Shown: positions 11,860-21,580 of the stretch, one piece after another
How the letters are laid out: each line of letters begins with the position of its first letter
How positions within the stretch are numbered: position 1 is the first letter of the stretch
Source: Nocardioidaceae bacterium
GTDB lineage: Bacteria; Actinomycetota; Actinomycetes; Propionibacteriales; Nocardioidaceae
NCBI GenBank assembly: GCA_035765755.1
Contig: DASTWW010000212.1
Span: forward strand, 4,929-68,928
Direction of reading: 5' to 3'
Length of the DNA: 64,000 nucleotides
The notes under the pieces: model-generated
Databases searched by the model: none
Seen by the model: only the letters and a program-made list of their open reading frames with translations
What the model was told of the DNA's origin: nothing
Program-made: the position numbers and the translations under genes

Positions 11860-12462
11860 TCATGGGAGCGCGGTGCGCGCCAGCAGCTCATCGAGCTTCG
11901 CCTCCAGCCGGGCAACCGTCTCGCCTTCCACCAGCCGCAGCCGAGCCGCTAGCCGGTCGACGTCGGCCTTGGTGGGTGTCTGGTACTCCGGGGCCACCGT
12001 GGCCACCACCGCACCACCGGGCTCGATCGTGACCCGCTCGGCCTCCGAGACATCGTTGGCGTTCTGGCGGCGCAGGGCGGCCTCCACGTCGGCCTGGCGC
12101 AACCCGAGACGACGCAACGTCTGCGTGTCCCAGCTGCCGTCCCGAGCCAGCACGGTCGGGGTGCCTTCCATGACTCGGAACGTGCGATCGGAGCGCACCG
12201 ACAGCCGGACCATGAGGGCGTTGAACCCCACCAGCACGGCCGCGCCGAGGAGGCCGCCGGCCAGCGAGTCGTCCGGCCCGATCACGGCGTTCTGCACCAC
12301 GTTCGACAGCAGCAGCATGACGACGAGGTCGAAGGAGTTGAGCTGGGCGAGGTCCCGTTTTCCTGCCAGCCGGAGCAGTACCGCGAGTGCGACGTACACG
12401 ACGATCGTCCGGAGGATCTTCTCCGGCGCGCTCACGCCGAGGTTGATGAGGTCGTTCCACAT
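11860..12462 (-). CDS. DUF421 (YetF-like) membrane protein
   Basis: Typical N-terminal TM helices followed by the LAQLNSFDLVVMLLLSNVVQNA motif. The start is set at ATG 12462, because the longer track ORF would overlap the purC start. Confidence 0.75.
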   Translation of the reverse strand: MWNDLINLGVSAPEKILRTIVVYVALAVLLRLAGKRDLAQLNSFDLVVMLLLSNVVQNAVIGPDDSLAGGLLGAAVLVGFNALMVRLSVRSDRTFRVMEGTPTVLARDGSWDTQTLRRLGLRQADVEAALRRQNANDVSEAERVTIEPGGAVVATVAPEYQTPTKADVDRLAARLRLVEGETVARLEAKLDELLARTALP

Positions 12463-12523
12463 GGCCTCATGGTCCACTCCGTGCCGCCCACCTGGTGGGA
12501 TCTCGACGCCGTAGGATCTGCCC

Positions 12524-13405
12524 ATGGCGAGCCCTGCGACCAGAACGGACACGATCGACGGTGCGGTGCACGTGCACTCCGGGAAGGTGCGCGACCTCTA
12601 CCGGTACCCCGACGGCCGACTGCTGATGGTGGCCAGTGACCGGATCTCCGCCTACGACTTCGTGCTCGACACCACGATCCCCGACAAGGGCGCGATCCTC
12701 ACCCGGATGTCGCTGTGGTGGTTCGAGCAGCTCGCCGACCTGGTGCCCAACCACGTGCTGTCCTCCGACGTACCTCCCGACGTGACCGGCCGCGCGGTGA
12801 TCTGCGAGAGCCTTTCCATGTACCCGGTCGAGTGCGTGGCCCGCGGCTACCTCACCGGGTCCGGGCTGCTGGACTACCAGGCCACCGGCCAGGTGTGCGG
12901 CATCCCGCTTCCCGACGGCCTCGAGGACGGCAGCCGACTGCCCGAGCCGGTGTTCACGCCCGCGACCAAGGCGGCGCTGGGCGAGCACGACGAAAACGTC
13001 TCGTACGACGCGGTGGTCGCTGAGGTGGGGGCCGAGGCCGCGGAACGACTGCGTGACCTCACGTTGCAGGTCTACCGGAGGGCTGAAGCGCTGGCGAAGG
13101 ACCGCGGCATCGTGCTCGCCGACACCAAGCTGGAGTTCGGCTCCCGCGACGACGGCACCATCGTGCTCGCCGACGAGGTGCTCACCCCGGACTCGTCACG
13201 GTTCTGGCCGGTCGACGAGTGGCAGCCCGGCCGACCCCAACCGTCGTACGACAAGCAGATCGTTCGCAACTGGCTGACCTCCCCCGCCAGCGGCTGGGAC
13301 CGCGGCTCGGGCACCCCGCCCCCGCCGCTTCCGGAGGAGGTCGTGGCGCGCACTCGGGCTCGCTACATCGAGGCCTACGAGCGGCTCACCGGGGAGCGCT
13401 TCTAA
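12524..13405 (+). CDS. purC: phosphoribosylaminoimidazole-succinocarboxamide (SAICAR) synthase
   Basis: GKVRDLY..., [15 protein letters not shown] motifs; 293 aa, the long actinobacterial form. Confidence 0.95.
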   Translation: MASPATRTDTIDGAVHVHSGKVRDLYRYPDGRLLMVASDRISAYDFVLDTTIPDKGAILTRMSLWWFEQLADLVPNHVLSSDVPPDVTGRAVICESLSMYPVECVARGYLTGSGLLDYQATGQVCGIPLPDGLEDGSRLPEPVFTPATKAALGEHDENVSYDAVVAEVGAEAAERLRDLTLQVYRRAEALAKDRGIVLADTKLEFGSRDDGTIVLADEVLTPDSSRFWPVDEWQPGRPQPSYDKQIVRNWLTSPASGWDRGSGTPPPPLPEEVVARTRARYIEAYERLTGERF

Positions 13406-13421
13406 CCGAGAGGAGTACGAC

Positions 13422-14972
13422 GTGCTGAACCTGTCCCTGTTCCTGGAAGACTCCGCCCGCTCCCACCCGGACCGGGACGCCGTCGTGCTCGGGGACACGC
13501 GGCTGACCTATGCGCAGGTGGACGGGTTCGCCAACCGGGTCGCCAACCTGCTGTGCTCGCGAGGCGTCCGTCCTGGTGACAAGGTCGCGCTCTCGTGCCC
13601 GAACCTGCCGTACTTCCCGATCGTCTACTACGGGATCCTCAAGGCCGGCGCGGTCGTCGTACCTCTCAACGTGCTGCTGAAGGGCCGCGAGATCGCCTAC
13701 CACCTCGGCGACTCGGACGCGAAGGCGTATTTCTGCTTCGAGGGCACCCCCGACCTGCCGATGGGGCAAGAGGGCGCTGTCGGGTTCGAGCAGGCAGACG
13801 GCTGCGAGCAGTTCTTCCTGATCACCGCCGACCCGACCGCCGCCTCGCCGATCGACGGCGTGCAGACGCTCGGCCAGGCGGTCGCCGACCAGCCGGCCAC
13901 GTTCGAGTCGGTGGCCACCGAGGCGACCGACACCGCGGTGATCCTCTACACCAGCGGTACGACGGGGCAGCCGAAGGGCGCGGAGCTCACCCACTCCAAC
14001 ATGGTGATGAACGCGATCACCAGCAACCGGTTGTTCGACACCGTGGCCAGCCAGCACGACACCCACCTGCTGACCCTGCCGCTGTTCCACTCGTTCGGAC
14101 AGACGGTGAACATGAACGCCGGCTTCGCCGTCGGCGCCACCATGGTGCTGCTGCCGCGGTTCGAGGCCAAGCAGGCGCTGGCGCTGATGCAGAAGGAGGA
14201 CATCACCTTCTTCGCCGGCGTGCCGACGATGTACTGGGGGCTGCTCGGCGCGCTCAGCGACGACGTCGACGTGAAGCGGATCGCCGGCAACCTGCGGCGT
14301 GCCGTCTCCGGCGGCTCGGCGCTGCCGATGGAGATCCTCAAGCAGTTCGAGACCAAGTTCGGGGTGCAGATCCTCGAGGGCTACGGGCTGTCCGAGACCT
14401 CGCCGGTGGCCACCTTCAGCGACCCGGACCGGGACCCCCGGCCCGGGTCGATCGGCGTGCCGATCTGGGGCGTCTGGATGAAGCTGGTCGACCCGGACTG
14501 GAAGACGATCGAAGGCGCCGACGAGGTGGGCGAGATCGCGATCCGTGGTCACAACATCATGAAGGGCTACTTCAACCGGCCGGAAGCGACCGCCGAGGTG
14601 CTGCGCGACGGCTGGTTCCGCACCGGCGACCTGGCCCGCCGCGACGAGGACGGCTTCTACTACATCGTCGACCGCGCCAAGGACATGATCATCCGCGGTG
14701 GCTTCAACGTGTACCCACGGGAGATCGAGGAGGTGCTGATGACGCATCCCGCCGTCTCGCTGGCCGCGGTCGTCGGTGTCCCGCACGAGAGCCACGGCGA
14801 GGAGATCAAGGCGTTCGTGATCCTCGAGCAGGGTCAGTCGATCACGTCCGAGGAGCTCATCGACTGGGGCAAGGAGCAGATGGCGAACTACAAGTACCCC
14901 CGCATCGTCGAGGTCGTCGACTCCCTGCCCATGACCGCCACCGGCAAGATCCTCAAGCGCGAGCTGTCCTGA
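13422..14972 (+). CDS. long-chain-fatty-acid--CoA ligase / AMP-dependent synthetase
   Basis: AMP-binding signature ILYTSGTTGQPKGAELTH, GYGLSETSP, TGDLARRDEDGFYYIVDRAKD. GTG start after GAGAGGAG. Confidence 0.9.
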   Translation: MLNLSLFLEDSARSHPDRDAVVLGDTRLTYAQVDGFANRVANLLCSRGVRPGDKVALSCPNLPYFPIVYYGILKAGAVVVPLNVLLKGREIAYHLGDSDAKAYFCFEGTPDLPMGQEGAVGFEQADGCEQFFLITADPTAASPIDGVQTLGQAVADQPATFESVATEATDTAVILYTSGTTGQPKGAELTHSNMVMNAITSNRLFDTVASQHDTHLLTLPLFHSFGQTVNMNAGFAVGATMVLLPRFEAKQALALMQKEDITFFAGVPTMYWGLLGALSDDVDVKRIAGNLRRAVSGGSALPMEILKQFETKFGVQILEGYGLSETSPVATFSDPDRDPRPGSIGVPIWGVWMKLVDPDWKTIEGADEVGEIAIRGHNIMKGYFNRPEATAEVLRDGWFRTGDLARRDEDGFYYIVDRAKDMIIRGGFNVYPREIEEVLMTHPAVSLAAVVGVPHESHGEEIKAFVILEQGQSITSEELIDWGKEQMANYKYPRIVEVVDSLPMTATGKILKRELS

Positions 14973-15095
14973 CAAGTCGCTGTGATTACGTAGTCCACCG
15001 GATACCGGTTCTCCGTCGGCACAGCGAGCCTTGAGGGCACGGCGCGACGCGGATCGGCTTCGTCGGGCCGTTCATCGCCCATCGAAGGAGAACCC

Positions 15096-15743
15096 ATGTC
15101 ATCACGATCTCGCGCAGGAGCCGCCTGCCTGGTGATCGGCCCGCTGCTCGGCCTCGTCGCCATGCTCATCACGCACTCCGTGTCGCACCATGCCGCCGAC
15201 CAGGCGGCCGCGTTCACCGCCCACCCCACCGCGGCGCGGCTCGGGCTGGGTATCGGAGCGCTGGCAGTCGTCCTGCTCGCCGGCGGCCTGGTCTGGCTGG
15301 CCTGGATGACGCACGAGAGGTCACCGGGGCTCGCCTTCGCCGGCGGCGTGCTCGGTGTGCTCGGCAGCTTCTCCGTGGTCGCCGACGACCTCGTGCATCT
15401 GTCCGGTGCCCTGATCGCCAACGGACACAGCGTCACGCAGGCCACGTCTCTGATCGACCCGCTGTACTCCGGAGGTGTCGTGGCGGTCGGTCCGCTCTCC
15501 GAGCTCGGTGACCTCGGGACCATCCTGCTCGTCGTGGCCGCGCTGCGGATCGGGGCGCCGCGATGGGCGGCCGCGGTCGTCATCGTCGGAGTGCTCGTCG
15601 AGGGCGCCGGCTTCGGGATCGGCACCCGGTACCTGGCCGCTGTCGGGTTCGTTCTGGCCTTCGTGGGCTTCGCCGCGATCGTGCGGGCCCTGCTCAGCGG
15701 CCAGCCCGCGGTCGAGCCAGCGATGGCCGCCCAGCACGTCTGA
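15096..15743 (+). CDS. hypothetical integral membrane protein
   Basis: 215-aa ORF with about 6 hydrophobic segments and a strong RBS (GAAGGAGAA) before the ATG. Confidence 0.6.
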   Translation: MSSRSRAGAACLVIGPLLGLVAMLITHSVSHHAADQAAAFTAHPTAARLGLGIGALAVVLLAGGLVWLAWMTHERSPGLAFAGGVLGVLGSFSVVADDLVHLSGALIANGHSVTQATSLIDPLYSGGVVAVGPLSELGDLGTILLVVAALRIGAPRWAAAVVIVGVLVEGAGFGIGTRYLAAVGFVLAFVGFAAIVRALLSGQPAVEPAMAAQHV

Positions 15744-15753
15744 CCGCTCCTGA

Positions 15754-15797
15754 GTTGCCAGGCGCTGGACCGGCTATGGCCGGTCACCGGCCTGGCA
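15754..15797 (+). terminator. nested GC-rich stem-loop between the membrane-protein gene and purS (putative terminator or leader structure)
   Basis: TTGCCAGGC (15754-62) pairs with GCCTGGCAA (15789-97). Inside it, GACCGGC (15767-73) pairs with GCCGGTC (15778-84). There is no U-tract. Confidence 0.4.
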
Positions 15798-15851
15798 AGT
15801 CGGCGACTAGACTGAGCCGCGCCGGATCCCCCGTTTCACAAGGAGCCTTTC

Positions 15852-16106
15852 GTGGCCCGTGTCGTCGTCGACGTCATGCTCAAGCCCGAGATCCTCGACC
15901 CGCAGGGCAAGGCCGTTCAGGGCGCGCTGCCCCGGCTCGGCTTCGAGGGGATCAGCGACGTACGCCAGGGCAAGCGCTTCGAGCTCGAGGTGGACGGCGA
16001 GCTCACCGAGCAGCGGCTGGCGGAGGTGCGCGAGATCGCCGAGAAGCTGCTGTCCAACCCGGTGATCGAGGACTTCACGGTGCACACCGACGGGGCCGGC
16101 GCGTGA
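15852..16106 (+). CDS. purS: phosphoribosylformylglycinamidine synthase subunit PurS
   Basis: 84 aa; [19 protein letters not shown]...[11 protein letters not shown] is typical of PurS. Sits directly upstream of purQ. Confidence 0.9.
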   Translation: MARVVVDVMLKPEILDPQGKAVQGALPRLGFEGISDVRQGKRFELEVDGELTEQRLAEVREIAEKLLSNPVIEDFTVHTDGAGA

Positions 16107-16768
16107 AGGTCGGCGTTGTCACCTTCCCCGGTTCCCTCGACGACGTCGACGCCCGGCGGGCCGTCGTGCTCGCCGGCCACGAGGCCGTCGCGCTCTGGCA
16201 CGGCGACCACGACCTGCGCGGCGTGGACGCGGTGATCCTGCCGGGCGGGTTCTCCTATGGCGACTACCTGCGCTGCGGGGCGATCAGCCGGTTCTCCCCG
16301 GTGATGACCGAGGTGGTCGCGGCCGCCGAGCGCGGCATGCCGGTGCTCGGGATCTGCAACGGCTTCCAGGTCCTGTGCGAGTCGCACCTGCTTCCTGGTG
16401 CGCTGATCCGCAACAACCACCAGAAGTTCGTCTGCCGCGACCAGCGGCTGCGGGTGCAGAACAACAAGACCGCGTGGACCTCCTCGTACGACGAGGGCGT
16501 CGAGATCACCGTGGTGCTCAAGAACGGCGAGGGCAGCTACGTCGCCGACGCGGCGACCCTCGACATGCTCGAGGGTGAGGGCCGGGTCGTCGTGCGGTAT
16601 CTCGACGTGAACCCGAACGGGTCGCTGCGCGACATCGCGGGGATCACCAACGAGCGCGGCAACGTGGTCGGTCTGATGCCGCATCCCGAGCACGCCGTGG
16701 AGGACCTGTGCGGTCCGGGCACGGACGGGCTCGGGTTCTTCACCTCGCTGCTCGCGCCGGTCGGCTAG
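16103..16768 (+). CDS. purQ: phosphoribosylformylglycinamidine synthase, glutaminase subunit PurQ
   Basis: [10 protein letters not shown]..., GICNGFQ (catalytic Cys), MPHPE motifs. The GTG overlaps the purS stop (GTGA). The longer track ORF start (15563) is an artefact. Confidence 0.95.
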   Translation: MKVGVVTFPGSLDDVDARRAVVLAGHEAVALWHGDHDLRGVDAVILPGGFSYGDYLRCGAISRFSPVMTEVVAAAERGMPVLGICNGFQVLCESHLLPGALIRNNHQKFVCRDQRLRVQNNKTAWTSSYDEGVEITVVLKNGEGSYVADAATLDMLEGEGRVVVRYLDVNPNGSLRDIAGITNERGNVVGLMPHPEHAVEDLCGPGTDGLGFFTSLLAPVG

Positions 16769-16819
16769 CACGGGCTGGCCCCGAGGAGCCTCGGTGGGTA
16801 GAGGCCCCTCGGGGGTCTG

Positions 16820-19018
16820 TCAGCCTGCGGCCCGCTCGACCCGGGCGATGAGCCGTCGCACCTGCCTGGTCAGCGAGTCCGCGCGGCGGACGTCCACCGG
16901 CTGGCCGTGGAACTCGGCGTTCTCGAGCACGTTGCCGATCTGGTTGGCGAGGTGGTTGCGGCTCTCCAGCCAGGAGCGGAGCCGGTGCTGGGTCTGCTCG
17001 TAGTACGAGTCGTCGTCCGTCGTACCGCTGGACAGGGCCCTGGTCGAGACCGCCAGGCTGGCCCGGCCGAGCCTGCCGAACGGCGCGTCGAGCTGCTTGT
17101 ACGCCGCTCCCAGCCTGCGGAGCACTCGGCCATGGGTCTGCAGACTGCGGGGGGCCGAGGTCCGGTCGAGGACCTGGGTGATGGTGCGGCCGTCGTGGGC
17201 GTAGTCGTCGCGCAGCCGCAGCAGGTCCAGCATGGTCGGCCGCACGTCCGTGTGGTCGGTCCACACCTTTCCGGTCTGCCCCAGGTTGCGCACGCCCGGG
17301 CCGACGAAGCCCAGCCAGGTGTTGGCGATCTCCGGATCGATGTCTCCGTGGTTCCAGGCGTAGGCGGAGTTGATGCAGGTCTCGCAGGTATTGCTCGGGA
17401 AGTCGGTCAGGAAGTAGTTCGGGTCGCCGAAGAACGCGAACGAGGCGTTCCGGTCCGGGTCCCCGGCGGTGTACATGTGCAGCAGCCGCATCTCCGCGTG
17501 ACCGGCCATCCGCACCATCAGCTTGTCGGTGTTGCCGGTGTACGGGTTGACGGCGGTCAGGCCGGAAGTGGCTCGCTCGAAGGCACGGGTCGCCGGGTCG
17601 CTCTGGCCCGGGTTGCCGGACAGGTAGAACGTCGGGGCGTCGTCACCGTGCACGGTGAACTTGGTGGTGATTTCCGGGTACTGGTTGGCCATCAGCGTGT
17701 CGATGTTGGCGTTGATCTCGCCGATGTTGCCGGTCCAGTCGCATGGCTCGGTGACGCCGTCGCAGCCGGGGTTGTTCGGGGCGCTGCCGACGAAGTGGTC
17801 GCCCTCGTCGACGGTGAACACGAACAGCGTGTTGTGCTTGGTGATCCCGTCGTGGCGCAGCCGCTTGAAGAACGCGGCGAAGGCGTCGTCGTACGCCTTC
17901 AGTTGGGCGACGTACCCCTCGCTGCCGGGGCCGTAGGCCTCGTGCGCGTTGCCGGAGGTGCCGTGGAAGTCGTGCGCGTCGGAGATGTAGGCGTAGGTGA
18001 CCGGGATGCCGGCCTCCTGCATCTGCGCGGAGTAGGCCAACGACACGGCCGCGGACATGCCGTCGAAGCCGGGGAAGCCGGGGTTGCCGTACGGGTCGGT
18101 GATCGGGTTGCCCGCCAGGTCGGTGACCGGGGCGCTGGCGTCCTGGCCGGTGAGCAGCGGGTCGACCTCCTGGGCGCCGAACAGCCCCTTGAACCCGGTG
18201 TAGCCGCCCGGCTCCTCGGGCAGCGCGTCGGTCTGCCCGTTGGCGCAGGTCGCCGAGTGGCGGGCGCAGTGCACCGCGAAGCCGACGAAGTCCGCCTGCG
18301 GCTTGGCGTGCGTCTTCGGATCCGTCTTGGGGTCGACGGCGGCGTCGTCCTTCGCCTCGTTCCACTGCGGCGATCCCTCGCCGAAGACCGCGGTCATGTC
18401 GCCGGTCGGACTGGTGCTGGTGTTCTCCAGCACGGTGTTCGCGGTGGCGACCTCGCCGACGTCACAGCCCGAGCGGGTGAACGGCACCCAAGGAGCCGGC
18501 GGGTTGGTGCCGTCCGCGGTGACCATGTTCGGGATGCCGGGCGCGACCGGGTCGGTCCAGTAGCCGAAGGAGCTCTTGAAGTCGAACCCGTCGCCGTTGT
18601 AGCGGACGTAGCTGTTGCTGACCGTCTGGCCGTGCCGGTCCGGGTAGACGCCGGTCAGCGAGGACAGGATGCCGCCGGCGGTGTGCGAGATCAGGATCGT
18701 GTGGTCGTTGGAGAGCAGCGTGCCGTTGCGCTTCATGAAGGTCAGCAGGTGCGGCATCTGCTCGAGGTCGGAGGGCACGTTCGGCAGGTCCCGCCGCAGG
18801 TGGGTGTTGTCGAACTGCACGTAGATCACGTGCTTGACGGCGCCGCGCTTGCCGAGGACGCAGCCCCCGTTGGCGGCGGGTGCCTGCGGCGCGCGGGTGT
18901 GGTGCCGGGCGGAGGCGGTCGCCGGAGCGGCCCCGAGCAGCGCGGTGGCGGCCGCTGCCCCGGTCAGTGTGGCGGTGAGTACGGCGGTGGCGCGACGGGC
19001 GCCCGGACCAAGCTTCAC
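16820..19018 (-). CDS. secreted alkaline-phosphatase-superfamily phosphoesterase (NPP/AlkP-core-like)
   Basis: Signal peptide after GTG 19018 (RBS GGGGAGAG). Metal and nucleophile-like motifs VQFDN, ISHTAGG, SDAHDFHG, WNHGD. The family call is from motif memory only. Confidence 0.65.
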   Translation of the reverse strand: MKLGPGARRATAVLTATLTGAAAATALLGAAPATASARHHTRAPQAPAANGGCVLGKRGAVKHVIYVQFDNTHLRRDLPNVPSDLEQMPHLLTFMKRNGTLLSNDHTILISHTAGGILSSLTGVYPDRHGQTVSNSYVRYNGDGFDFKSSFGYWTDPVAPGIPNMVTADGTNPPAPWVPFTRSGCDVGEVATANTVLENTSTSPTGDMTAVFGEGSPQWNEAKDDAAVDPKTDPKTHAKPQADFVGFAVHCARHSATCANGQTDALPEEPGGYTGFKGLFGAQEVDPLLTGQDASAPVTDLAGNPITDPYGNPGFPGFDGMSAAVSLAYSAQMQEAGIPVTYAYISDAHDFHGTSGNAHEAYGPGSEGYVAQLKAYDDAFAAFFKRLRHDGITKHNTLFVFTVDEGDHFVGSAPNNPGCDGVTEPCDWTGNIGEINANIDTLMANQYPEITTKFTVHGDDAPTFYLSGNPGQSDPATRAFERATSGLTAVNPYTGNTDKLMVRMAGHAEMRLLHMYTAGDPDRNASFAFFGDPNYFLTDFPSNTCETCINSAYAWNHGDIDPEIANTWLGFVGPGVRNLGQTGKVWTDHTDVRPTMLDLLRLRDDYAHDGRTITQVLDRTSAPRSLQTHGRVLRRLGAAYKQLDAPFGRLGRASLAVSTRALSSGTTDDDSYYEQTQHRLRSWLESRNHLANQIGNVLENAEFHGQPVDVRRADSLTRQVRRLIARVERAAG

Positions 19019-19141
19019 GGTCTCTCCCCGTTCGTAGGCCGGCGAGCCCGCCGGCCGAGACTGGCTGGTGAGGCCACACGTTAGACCGGTTCGCGAGGTT
19101 TGGGAATAGTCACACGTCTGCGCCGCATCTCCGCCGGTTCT

Positions 19142-19245
19142 TACCGACGTCGTGTCGATATCGCGACGTATAGGTCGCGCTCGACGTACCGACAACGTGT
19201 CGATATCGCGACGTATAGGTCGCGCTGGACGTACCGATATCGGTA
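19142..19245 (+). repeat. Intergenic 45-bp-unit repeat family, locus B (2 units plus 14-nt palindromic terminal half-unit)
   Basis: Units at 19142-19186 and 19187-19231 (TACCGACrwCGTGTCGATATCGCGACGTATAGGTCGCGCTsGACG), then TACCGATATCGGTA at 19232-19245. Confidence 0.9.
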
Positions 19246-19261
19246 CGACGGGGGAGGTGAC

Positions 19262-20275
19262 TCAGGCGGTGTAGGCCTTGGCGATCAGCTCGTAGGACAG
19301 CCGGCGCTCCGCGGGGTCGTGCACCTGGGTGGTGATGATCAGCTCGTCGGCATCGGCCTCGCGACGCCGGCGCTCCAGGTCGTCGCGGACCTGCTCCGGG
19401 GTGCCCACCGAGATGAACCGGCGCCGCCCGGCAGCGGCCTGCCGCTCGTCTGGGGTCCACGGATGCGCCGCGGCCTCCTCCGGCGTGGGCACCGGGCCGG
19501 GCCGGTTCTGCCGCAGCCGCAGGGTGGCCAGGTCGTTGGCCAGCGCGAGCTGCTCGGCGCGCTCCTCGGTCTCCGCGGCGATCGCCGCCACCCCGAGCAT
19601 CACCTTGGGCGCGGCCAGCCGCGACGACGGCTCGAACCGCTCCCGGTAGATCCCCACCGCCTCGCCCGGGTCGGCCGACCCGAAGTGCCCCGCGAAGGCG
19701 AACCCGGTCCCGAACGCAGCGGCCGCCTGCCCGCCGTACAGGCTGGACCCGAGGATCCACAGCGGCGGCAGGGGTACGTCGTCAGGGATCGCGGTCAGTG
19801 GCTTGAACGGGTGGTCGTCGGGGAAGCCGTCGACGTAGGCCAGTAGCTCGGCGAACTGCTGCGGGAACTCCTCGGGGTCGACCCGGCCGCGGCGCAGCGC
19901 GAACGCGGTGAGCTGGTCGGTGCCCGGCGCGCGGCCGATACCGAGGTCGATCCGGCCGGGGTGCAGGCCCTCGAGCACCCGAAAGCTCTCCGCCACGGCG
20001 AGCGGCGCGTGGTTGGGCAGCATGATGCCGCCGCTGCCGACCCGGATCGTGCTGGTGTGCGCGGCCACCGTCGCGATCATCACCATCGGCGCGCTGCTCG
20101 CGACACTGGGGATGTTGTGGTGCTCGGCCAGCCAGTACCGCTCGTAGCCGTAGGACTCCGCCGCCTTCGCCAGCGCAATCGTGTCGTGCAGCGCCGACGA
20201 CGGCGGCCGGCCGGCGGGGATCGGGGACAGGTCCAGGACGGAGAGCTGCACGGTGGTGGTCACGTTTGCCCCCAA
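19262..20275 (-). CDS. LLM-class (luciferase-like) flavin-dependent oxidoreductase
   Basis: LSVLDLSP..., YERYWLAEHHN, GSGGIMLPNHAPL, GIGRAPGTD are typical of this family. Confidence 0.85.
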   Translation of the reverse strand: MGANVTTTVQLSVLDLSPIPAGRPPSSALHDTIALAKAAESYGYERYWLAEHHNIPSVASSAPMVMIATVAAHTSTIRVGSGGIMLPNHAPLAVAESFRVLEGLHPGRIDLGIGRAPGTDQLTAFALRRGRVDPEEFPQQFAELLAYVDGFPDDHPFKPLTAIPDDVPLPPLWILGSSLYGGQAAAAFGTGFAFAGHFGSADPGEAVGIYRERFEPSSRLAAPKVMLGVAAIAAETEERAEQLALANDLATLRLRQNRPGPVPTPEEAAAHPWTPDERQAAAGRRRFISVGTPEQVRDDLERRRREADADELIITTQVHDPAERRLSYELIAKAYTA

Positions 20276-20319
20276 CGCCCGATGTCCGCGTCGGATTCCC
20301 CGGGGGTAGCGTCGGAGCC

Positions 20320-20688
20320 GTGGGCAAGGTCACCGTGCAGCGCGTCCGGGAGTACGTCGGACAGGGCGATCGCCCTGCGCGCACGGCGGTGTTCCTCGTC
20401 GACCGGGTCTGGCCGCGCGGACTGTCGAAGGCCGACCTGGACGCGGTCTGGGCCAAGGAGGTCGGCCCGAGCACCGAGCTGCGCAAGTGGTTCGGCCACG
20501 ACCCGCAGCGTTGGCAGGAGTTCACGAAGCGCTACCGCGCCGAGCTCGACGAACGCCCCGAGAGCGCGGCACCGCTACGCGAAGCGCTGGCCAAGCAGGA
20601 CGTGCTGCTGCTCTTCGACGCCAAGGACACCGAGCACAACCAGGCCGTGGTCCTCGCCGGCTGGCTGCGCCAGCAGTCCTCGTCCTGA
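20320..20688 (+). CDS. DUF488 (YeaO-like) family protein
   Basis: VDRVWPRGLSKADL...WAKEVGPSTELRKWFGHDPQRWQEFTKRY is the DUF488 signature. GTG 20320 chosen as start (122 aa). Confidence 0.75.
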   Translation: MGKVTVQRVREYVGQGDRPARTAVFLVDRVWPRGLSKADLDAVWAKEVGPSTELRKWFGHDPQRWQEFTKRYRAELDERPESAAPLREALAKQDVLLLFDAKDTEHNQAVVLAGWLRQQSSS

Positions 20689-20755
20689 TATCCGATCACG
20701 TCAGGGTGGACAAGCGCCCCGCGGCTATCGTGACCGTCGAGGAGGGCAGAGCAGG

Positions 20756-21580
20756 ATGCCGGACGACGTCTACACGCATGGGCACTCGGAGTCGGTCCTT
20801 CGTTCCCATCGATGGCGCACCTTGGAGAACTCCGCCGGCTACCTCGCCCCGCGCCTGGACGGCGGCGCAGAGGTTCTGGACGTCGGGTGCGGCCCGGGGA
20901 CGATCACCCTGGACCTCGCGCGGACGGTGCCTCGGGGACGGGTTACCGGCCTGGACCGGTCCGCGGTCGTGATCAGCGAGGCGAGCCAGGCCGCCGAGCA
21001 GGCCGGTCTGGCCAACGTGGGCTTCCAGACCGGAGACGTGTACTCCCTCGGCTTCGACGACGACAGCTTCGACGTCGTGCACGCGCACCAGGTTCTGCAG
21101 CACCTAAGCGAGCCGGTCGAGGCGCTGCGCGAGATGGGTCGCGTCTGCCGACCCGACGGGGTGGTGGCAGCGCGCGACGCCGACTACGCCGCGTTCACCT
21201 GGTGGCCCGAAGTTCCCGAGCTCGACGAATGGCTCGGGCTCTACCGAGCCGTGGCCCGCTCCAACGGGGCCGAGCCCGACGCGGGCAGACGCCTCCAGTC
21301 ATGGGCGCGCCGCGCAGGGCTCGAGGTCATCGCGTCGACGGCGGACGTGTGGTGCTTCGCGTCGCCGGATGACGTCTCCTGGTGGGGCGGGCTGTGGGCA
21401 GACCGGGTGCTGGTCTCGGACATGGCCGAGCAGGCGAAGGAACGCGGCCTGGCCAGCGGTGCCGACCTCGAACGGCTCGCGGCGGGGTGGCGCGCCTGGA
21501 GCGCGTCCCCGGACGCCTGGTTCGCGGTTCTGCACGGCGAGGTCCTGTGTCGTCCGCCTGCTTCGGCTTCAGCTCTTTAG
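20756..21580 (+). CDS. class I SAM-dependent methyltransferase
   Basis: Motif I VLDVGCGPGTITLDLA and post-I GLDRS. ATG 20756 follows GGAGGGCAGAGCAGG. The upstream part of track ORF 19961 is antisense shadow of the LLM gene. Confidence 0.85.
   Translation: MPDDVYTHGHSESVLRSHRWRTLENSAGYLAPRLDGGAEVLDVGCGPGTITLDLARTVPRGRVTGLDRSAVVISEASQAAEQAGLANVGFQTGDVYSLGFDDDSFDVVHAHQVLQHLSEPVEALREMGRVCRPDGVVAARDADYAAFTWWPEVPELDEWLGLYRAVARSNGAEPDAGRRLQSWARRAGLEVIASTADVWCFASPDDVSWWGGLWADRVLVSDMAEQAKERGLASGADLERLAAGWRAWSASPDAWFAVLHGEVLCRPPASASAL

Noticed and set aside
14997-15009. ACCGGATACCGGT downstream of the acyl-CoA ligase gene, considered as a possible degenerate terminal half-unit of the 45-bp repeat family.
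   Set aside because: It shares only the ACCG...CGGT arms with TACCGAnnTCGGT. None of the unit's internal hairpin sequence is present, so the evidence is insufficient.
16775-16815. Short GC hairpins (CCGAGG..CCTCGG and GGCCCC..GGGGTC) between convergent purQ and the phosphoesterase gene, considered as a bidirectional terminator.
   Set aside because: The stems are only 4-6 bp with very small loops, and I could not define a convincing structure by eye.
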